Below, piece after piece: positions 34,770 through 40,464 of a DNA stretch of 40,464 nucleotides; within the stretch, counting starts at the first letter, position 1, and each line of letters begins with the position of its first letter. The DNA is from a virus. Its lineage: Duplodnaviria > Caudoviricetes. The position numbers and the translations under genes are program-made. A model generated the notes under the pieces. That model was given only the letters and a program-made list of their open reading frames with translations. It ran no database searches and was not told where the DNA came from. The stretch lies in IMG/VR virus record IMGVR_UViG_3300024265_000115, positions 1-40,464 of that record; one strand, 5' to 3'.

Positions 34770-36545
34770 ATGGCGATAGACAAACCCTTATACGACCGGA
34801 TTACAAACAAGTGGGACGAACTCGACGAGGTCTACGAGAGGATAGGAAACGCCCGGAAGAACATCGCGGCTTTTTTCCGTCCCGATCTCGGTGTGGAGTA
34901 CGACGAGAACCACGATATGCTCATGCTGGGGGGTGATATTTACGACGGCTCACCGCCCTGGGTGGCTCGCACGATGAGTACCGGGCTGCAAGGTAATATT
35001 GTCTCAAAGCGTATCGACTGGATAATGTACCTGATGGGCGATAGGCGATTGAGGGGTATCACCGAACTCGATCAATGGACTCAGGATGTGAAGGAGCATA
35101 ATACCGACGTCTACCAGAACTCCAACTTTTACGACGTCCAGCCGCAATTCACTTTAGATGGTGTGACGACTGGTAGTCCGGTGATGTTCGGTGAGGAAGA
35201 TTTAGCTACTGGCCGGGTTATGTGGATACCCCAGCATTATCTCACCTACCGATTGTTCTACGACCGCTTCAATGAGAGCGAGGGGATTATCATCAAAGAT
35301 ACTCAGTGGTCGGCCAAGAAGATTTTCGACCGCTTCGCCCCAGGTCCGAGTATCGAGCAGCGGTTACAACTGGCGAAAGAGAAGTTTAGTCTTCCGCTCT
35401 ACACAGCGATCATCAGAGGTCAGATGGATTCACGGTTCACCATTTGGCGGGCGGTGTTCAAGCGTACCGATCCGATATGGGAGGGTAAGAAGCAGCCTTT
35501 GGGCGGTAAGCTGTGGATCAGTGCCTTTTTCGAGGAGTTGGGCGCCGGTATTATCGCCAACAAGGAGACACCTCTAGAACTCTCAGGGTACTACAGCAAG
35601 CCTTACGTAGTCTGGGACTACGATAAGAAGTTATGGGAAGCGGCGAGCCGCACGCCGGCATGGGAGGCTATTTACGACGCTGCGAGCCAGAGCCAGGTAT
35701 TCAAGAACTACCTTGAGAACTTGCAGCAGAAGACCCGTCCGGCAATGGCTATTTTGGCCTCGATGCAGGGTAAGGCAAACTTCTCACCCGAGGGTGAAGT
35801 GATAGTCGAGAAGAACGATTGGAACTTCAAACCTGAACCGATCAATAACGTCGGTGACATTCGTTTGGACCGAGAGACGATGGACTTGTTCGACCAGAAG
35901 CTCTCACGTCATTTCCACTTGGAGATGTTCCGGCAGTTCACTGACATGGCGGCGAACAGTACTCAGCAGTTCAGAGTCTTGCAGATCATGGAGATTGCCG
36001 GTGAGCGGATTACCCAACTCCTGCCGATGATCGAGACGCACGAGCGGTATCTTTCGCAGGTCGACGACAGGGTCATAGACATCCAGCGTCAAGCCGGTAA
36101 CGGGCCTTTCGCCCCGGAGGTACTCGAAAGGGTGGCGGATATCGTCTCTTTCTACACTGGCGAAGAGACTTTAGGTGTGGATTTACAGGTACAGTTCATC
36201 GGTACGCTCAGACAGGCCCAGCAGATGCAGCAGAAGTTGAAGCCGATCCAGTTTGGCGTATCGGTAGCTTCTGAGATCGGCAATGCTCTAGGTGATCCTG
36301 ACATTGCCCGTCTGATGGTCAAAGGCTACGAAACGGTGGATGAAGCTTTACAGGCGGTCCACTTCCCCGAGAAGCTTACGGTGGAGAAAGAGGAGTACGA
36401 GAAATCCGTCGCGGCGCTGGCCGAGGCCCGGGCGCAGCAGGCTCAGTTTGAGAACGCAGTCGAAATGGCGAAGGCGTCGAAGGATGTATCGGGTCCGGTG
36501 GACGATAAGAGTGTACTTGGAACTTTGGCAGGGAGTGCGGCATGA
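34770..36545 (+). CDS. Portal (head-tail connector), podovirus type
   Basis: IYDG......MSTGLQG......W, SNFY, G.TTG...MF.EED, SGY...PY.V..Y, EI.GER...L.P motifs; about 590 aa. Confidence 0.88.
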   Translation: MAIDKPLYDRITNKWDELDEVYERIGNARKNIAAFFRPDLGVEYDENHDMLMLGGDIYDGSPPWVARTMSTGLQGNIVSKRIDWIMYLMGDRRLRGITELDQWTQDVKEHNTDVYQNSNFYDVQPQFTLDGVTTGSPVMFGEEDLATGRVMWIPQHYLTYRLFYDRFNESEGIIIKDTQWSAKKIFDRFAPGPSIEQRLQLAKEKFSLPLYTAIIRGQMDSRFTIWRAVFKRTDPIWEGKKQPLGGKLWISAFFEELGAGIIANKETPLELSGYYSKPYVVWDYDKKLWEAASRTPAWEAIYDAASQSQVFKNYLENLQQKTRPAMAILASMQGKANFSPEGEVIVEKNDWNFKPEPINNVGDIRLDRETMDLFDQKLSRHFHLEMFRQFTDMAANSTQQFRVLQIMEIAGERITQLLPMIETHERYLSQVDDRVIDIQRQAGNGPFAPEVLERVADIVSFYTGEETLGVDLQVQFIGTLRQAQQMQQKLKPIQFGVSVASEIGNALGDPDIARLMVKGYETVDEALQAVHFPEKLTVEKEEYEKSVAALAEARAQQAQFENAVEMAKASKDVSGPVDDKSVLGTLAGSAA

Positions 36546-36820
36546 CAGAAGATCAAAACAGGGTCAATCTTTCACTGATAACACGTCGCGGCTACCTTCA
36601 CGTCGGCCCGCCCGAGGAGTTCCTATCAGTTAAGATCAGGGACTTGTTCGGTCTAATCACTACCGACCGGGGCGTGGCCGACCATAATAGCATGGCCGAA
36701 GATATCAAAATGATGGTAAGGGAAGCAGATCACGGCGAGTTTTTCCGGCAGATATCGCTCGTGATAATCAGTTTCGCCGGTAAGGGAGTACAAGGTGGCC
36801 AAACGCAAGAAGAAGGTTAA
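36542..36820 (+). CDS. Hypothetical protein
   Basis: ATGA overlap with the portal gene. Confidence 0.6.
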   Translation: MTEDQNRVNLSLITRRGYLHVGPPEEFLSVKIRDLFGLITTDRGVADHNSMAEDIKMMVREADHGEFFRQISLVIISFAGKGVQGGQTQEEG

Positions 36821-37367
36821 GAGAGTCAAGAAGAAAGTTCATTCCGAAGAGAAGCAGGATGTAGCAGAGGAGTCTTCGCGTTCTCTCGGAGTGCTTGACG
36901 TCCGCAAACCTGCCATATCGGAGGCCGAAGCTACCCGTCAAGCTGAGATCACGACTATCTGCAAAGAGACAGGCTTTGCTCGGAACGTAGTCGAAGCGGC
37001 TCGTAAGACCGGGTACGTCAAGTTGCAGATCATGGGTTTTTCGGACGAAGAGAGTTTGAGGGTTGCCGTATTGCGAGTGAATCCGAAACTGGTTGGTATG
37101 TTCCAGCAACCGAGCGAGAAACCGGTCCTCATTGTGAAGGATACTGAGTACGAATATGCGGAAGCCGCGTTTCACGTTCCCGTACTGGCCGGGATGGGCA
37201 ATCAGGCTAACCGAGCCATGAAGGAACAGCGGGGGATTGACGCTTATATCCGGCGCAACGGTATCCGGAACGTGGACAAACTGGTAATCGAGCGGTTCTA
37301 TACCCCGGACGGGAACAACAAGGTACTCTCGGCAGTGAGAGTAGAATATCGAAAGGAGAAACAGTGA
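36795..37367 (+). CDS. Hypothetical protein
   Basis: GGGAG RBS; basic N-terminus. Confidence 0.65.
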   Translation: MAKRKKKVKRVKKKVHSEEKQDVAEESSRSLGVLDVRKPAISEAEATRQAEITTICKETGFARNVVEAARKTGYVKLQIMGFSDEESLRVAVLRVNPKLVGMFQQPSEKPVLIVKDTEYEYAEAAFHVPVLAGMGNQANRAMKEQRGIDAYIRRNGIRNVDKLVIERFYTPDGNNKVLSAVRVEYRKEKQ

Positions 37368-37696
37368 ACAAGGATGAGTTCGTAAAGCAGGTAGAACGGA
37401 TTTACAACAAGGCGATGGAAATAAGCGATTTGCAGATGGCTATGACCGCGTTGCTCAGTATCAGAGAACTAGGAGGGACGGTCGATGTTGAAGACAGCAG
37501 GACGTGCGCGATATGTGGTAATTGGTTGGTTTGCCCTACAACCTTGGTCCGGGCAAAGGCCCGAGGGATTTGCGTTGAAACAAGAAACCATCAAGAGTGT
37601 TTTGATGATGGAATTACGGGTCAAATGGGAATAGCGCCAATATGCCCTGAGAGTAGTAAGTGTGAGTTTTGGATTTCAAAAGGAGAACAAGAATGA
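37364..37696 (+). CDS. Hypothetical Cys-containing protein
   Basis: AAGGAG RBS; GTGA overlap. Confidence 0.6.
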   Translation: MNKDEFVKQVERIYNKAMEISDLQMAMTALLSIRELGGTVDVEDSRTCAICGNWLVCPTTLVRAKARGICVETRNHQECFDDGITGQMGIAPICPESSKCEFWISKGEQE

Positions 37697-37971
37697 AACG
37701 AGGACTATTAATTGGATTTACAGTAGCGATATCGCTGTGCCTGCTCATGGGCGCCGCGAGTAATGCCCCGAAGTACTGGCAGAATGAACTCTTGACGCTC
37801 AGTCCCCAGTGGCTCAATGTGTTCGGCTACACCCCGGACTCCATCCTGGCTTATCAGGACTGGGTCCAGAACAAGAAGGACGCCATGCACGACGCGGAGC
37901 TTACGGCTATCAAGCAGAGGCTCTTGAAGCTTGAAAGTGCAGTGGTGGACCCGAATGAGGCGGTAGAATGA
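37693..37971 (+). CDS. Exported or membrane hypothetical protein
   Basis: MKRGLLIGFTVAISLCLLMGA signal-like N-terminus; C-terminal VDPN. Confidence 0.65.
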   Translation: MKRGLLIGFTVAISLCLLMGAASNAPKYWQNELLTLSPQWLNVFGYTPDSILAYQDWVQNKKDAMHDAELTAIKQRLLKLESAVVDPNEAVE

Positions 37972-38165
37972 AAACGACTGATGACTTAAAAGCTCATTGC
38001 CTTGCCCAGATGAACATACACCGCGATCTTGAGAAGGGGTCAGAGGCGGCGGGCTGTCCCATTGGGCAATCGGCACATAGGGGGCAAATTACCGCCTACA
38101 AGGATGTGCATACATTGCTGAGTATTTGGTTCTGTGAAAACAAAGCGAAGAAAGAAGGAGACTAA
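37968..38165 (+). CDS. Hypothetical protein
   Basis: ATGA overlap; GAGG RBS. Confidence 0.55.
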   Translation: MKTTDDLKAHCLAQMNIHRDLEKGSEAAGCPIGQSAHRGQITAYKDVHTLLSIWFCENKAKKEGD

Positions 38166-38169
38166 CTAA

Positions 38170-38931
38170 ATGGATTGGGTAAACGAACTGACACACGAAT
38201 CACTGACAACACCCGAGGCAAAGACGGCGTTGTCGAAGTATGATAGTCAAGAAGCTGCCCTGGTAGGCGGCTTGAACGCCATGAAGACAGCCGGTGCGCC
38301 GTTTAGGCTACCGGAATCGCTGGACCAAAGCCATATCAACGACGAGATGCGAGCGGAGTTCACGAGCAGGGTCGGGAAGCTGTTGGGTGTTCCGAACGAA
38401 GATGCTCTAAATGACGTGAATTTCGCCGACGGCCTGCCTAATGCCGATATGGTCAATGCCGATCTCGTTTCGACGTTCAAGAAGTTCGCCGTCGAGAACC
38501 ACCTGTCGAAGTCTGTCGTGGCCAAACTGGTTAAGATGAACAACCAATTCTCCGTATCGTCAAGAACGGCCCAGGATCAGGCGTCAGCCGACGCGCACGC
38601 TGAGTCGGTTAAGACAGTCAATACTGCGATGGAGGCTTCACATGGCGGTAAGGACGGCGTTGCGAAGCACGTTGAACTGGTGAAACGGCTATTCAAGAAT
38701 CATTCGGGCTTGAGTGGTGTAGAGTTCGACAGTATCGCCGAAGGACTTACCAAAGGTCCGTTCGCTACCGACCCGGCGATGCGCAAGGCTCTTTACAACC
38801 TAGCCGCTGCGGTGGTGCCGGAAGCGGTGACGGGCAGTCAGGAGCAAGTGGCTGCGAAGAAAACAGCGAGTTCGTCAATACCAACCCGTTTCCCAACATT
38901 AGCGAAACATCTAAACTGGAAAACAAGTTAG
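38170..38931 (+). CDS. Capsid scaffolding protein
   Basis: W...L......LSKY......G.....LP...LGVP, F...A....LS......L pattern; directly before the MCP. Confidence 0.75.
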   Translation: MDWVNELTHESLTTPEAKTALSKYDSQEAALVGGLNAMKTAGAPFRLPESLDQSHINDEMRAEFTSRVGKLLGVPNEDALNDVNFADGLPNADMVNADLVSTFKKFAVENHLSKSVVAKLVKMNNQFSVSSRTAQDQASADAHAESVKTVNTAMEASHGGKDGVAKHVELVKRLFKNHSGLSGVEFDSIAEGLTKGPFATDPAMRKALYNLAAAVVPEAVTGSQEQVAAKKTASSSIPTRFPTLAKHLNWKTS

Positions 38932-38943
38932 TACCGAACAAAC

Positions 38944-39042
38944 ACCAGACACCTTCCGAAAGGAAGCCTGGTTGCTCGCTCCAAAGGGGAGCGGCATAGC
39001 ACGGCCTGTCAGTGTTAGGACGAGCCTCGAAAGAGACACCTC
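38944..39042 (+). promoter_or_regulatory. Structured leader of the major capsid gene
   Basis: Two GAAA-tetraloop hairpins, each with an ACAC/C asymmetric loop, plus a GCTCC/GGAGC hairpin. Confidence 0.6.
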
Positions 39043-39083
39043 TCCGAGAACGTAAACTAAACGATTTTTTGGAGAGTAAACTC

Positions 39084-40148
39084 ATGGCAACTAACACAGT
39101 AGGCGTATCGGGGAACATTCTCGACGTCCTCAAATTCAAAATGCCTGACGGCAGTGCGGTCGACCAGCCGATTAACGCGATGGTCGAACTCAATGATTTC
39201 CAAATGGACATGCCCGCCCTACCGGCAAATGGCGGCATGACTCATCAAGGTCTCAGGACGATACAACTACCGACCGGCTATCTCACGGACGTCGGTGGTT
39301 CGTGGAAGAGTTCCAAAGCCGAATTCGAGATGTTCATTGACGGTTTGATGACACTTCGCTCGACGTACAGAGCGCCCATAGACACTTATGAGGTGGAAAG
39401 TGCAGAAATTGGTCAAGCTCAACTCGAAGCGAACCTCGACGGTCATATTCACGCTCTCACTCAGGGCTTGATGAATATGATGCTCGAAGGTTCTTCGGTT
39501 CCGAACCAAAGTGGACTATCGGCCCTGATGCAGCGTGACCCGTACACGACGCACGACAGTTCCTTCACATTCTCGGTAGGCGGATCAGGAAGTAACCTGC
39601 GCAGTGCATGGCTGATGAAGCCTGGAATCGACACGGTCCACACAGTCTACAACCCCAACCATCCGACGCTCGGTATCGAGCAGAAGGATATGGGAGTCCA
39701 TCCCGTAACCGGATTGGGTACATCAAGCGACGAACACAGATGGGATATGTGGATCGAGCATAAGATCGTTTCTGGTATCGTCATCAAAGACCAGACTGCG
39801 GTTAAGCGAATCTGCAACATCCCCGTAGGTTTGGCTGACTATCCCGGTGAGGACGTCATTAACCTGGCTATCGAGGCGTCGATCATCAACGCCACGAAGC
39901 AGCCCGGTAAGAGCCAAGGCCTCGGCACCGCTTCACAGATCCTCAATACGTGGATGTTGTACTGTGACGAGCGGCTGTATGCCAAGATCGTCCGTGCCAG
40001 CAATGACAAGCTCATGGTCTACATGTCCGACCAGAACATCTACCGGACGAGTCTGCCGATGATCGGTACGAACATCATCATCAGGCGCATGGACGCTCTG
40101 AATCACGCTCTCGGCTCGGGTGAGACTGAAATTGCCGCTGCGTCGTAA
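39084..40148 (+). CDS. Major capsid protein (BPP-1 Bbp17-like)
   Basis: GGAGAG RBS; N....DMP...AN....H...RT..LPT, GG.GS.L.S.W, VKRICNI, IRRMDAL...ET motifs. Confidence 0.85.
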   Translation: MATNTVGVSGNILDVLKFKMPDGSAVDQPINAMVELNDFQMDMPALPANGGMTHQGLRTIQLPTGYLTDVGGSWKSSKAEFEMFIDGLMTLRSTYRAPIDTYEVESAEIGQAQLEANLDGHIHALTQGLMNMMLEGSSVPNQSGLSALMQRDPYTTHDSSFTFSVGGSGSNLRSAWLMKPGIDTVHTVYNPNHPTLGIEQKDMGVHPVTGLGTSSDEHRWDMWIEHKIVSGIVIKDQTAVKRICNIPVGLADYPGEDVINLAIEASIINATKQPGKSQGLGTASQILNTWMLYCDERLYAKIVRASNDKLMVYMSDQNIYRTSLPMIGTNIIIRRMDALNHALGSGETEIAAAS

Positions 40149-40183
40149 ACAAGTGAAACACTATCCTTTTTAGGAGAATTAGC

Positions 40184-40464
40184 ATGATACTTCCGAAACT
40201 TGGAAAACTGAGTGTGGCTCAGGCTTTAACGCCTACCACACAAGATAGTACGAATGTGATTTTGATGTCGGCGATTCCGTTTGCGGCATGGGCTGACGTA
40301 TGGCTGACTATCGACACGAACGTCATTGCAACTGGTGACGGGTCCGATGTATTTGACTTCTCTTTGGTGGTTTCCCAGGAAGATACCTTGGACACCAACC
40401 TTGAAGTTGTGGCACAGCGCATCACCGGCATTGCCGACTCTCGCCTTGCGACAACTTCAAGGTT
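40184..40464 (+). CDS. Capsid cement/decoration protein (Bbp16-like), 3'-truncated
   Basis: AGGAG RBS; MI...L..S.AQA.T....STNVI pattern immediately after the MCP. Confidence 0.7.
   Translation, partial: MILPKLGKLSVAQALTPTTQDSTNVILMSAIPFAAWADVWLTIDTNVIATGDGSDVFDFSLVVSQEDTLDTNLEVVAQRITGIADSRLATTSR

Noticed and set aside
39012-39083. Listed upstream start for the major capsid protein
   Set aside because: Falls inside the structured leader; the RBS supports ATG 39084
1-40464. CRISPR array, diversity-generating retroelement or stop-codon recoding
   Set aside because: No regularly spaced repeats, no reverse transcriptase or adenine-specific TR/VR pair seen, and core genes are intact in the standard code despite the BPP-1-like head genes

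Overview
About 40 kb of a tailed dsDNA phage genome with podovirus-type head genes. The left end (1-10640, + strand) holds a 5'-truncated large internal virion protein, a tail fibre that begins with an apparent signal peptide, several small exported or membrane proteins, a holin and a beta-barrel-like moron. A long minus-strand block (10800-22300) encodes a PD-(D/E)XK nuclease, a Gp37Gp68/DUF5131 protein, NinB-like and SSB-like proteins, many small ORFs, and an ncRNA cluster that includes tRNA-Ile(UAU). The middle (22500-31000) holds two HNH endonucleases, YopX and three DNA methyltransferase loci; one of these is a C5-MTase split over two almost fully overlapping 413-codon frames. The right end (32490-40464, +) holds terminase small and large subunits, portal, scaffold, major capsid and a cement protein. 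I found no integrase, polymerase, primase, endolysin or CRISPR array. The most notable observations are: (1) four promoters that share one leader architecture (leaderless AUG uORF plus a hairpin whose loop is complementary to the transcript 5' end); (2) a stand-alone 41-aa DinJ C-terminus-like peptide; (3) the dual-frame MTase with five W-x-T-P modules; (4) an HNH insertion with a duplicated, diverged MTase 3' end; (5) the signal peptide on the tail fibre. All family assignments come from motif recognition by eye; no searches were run.
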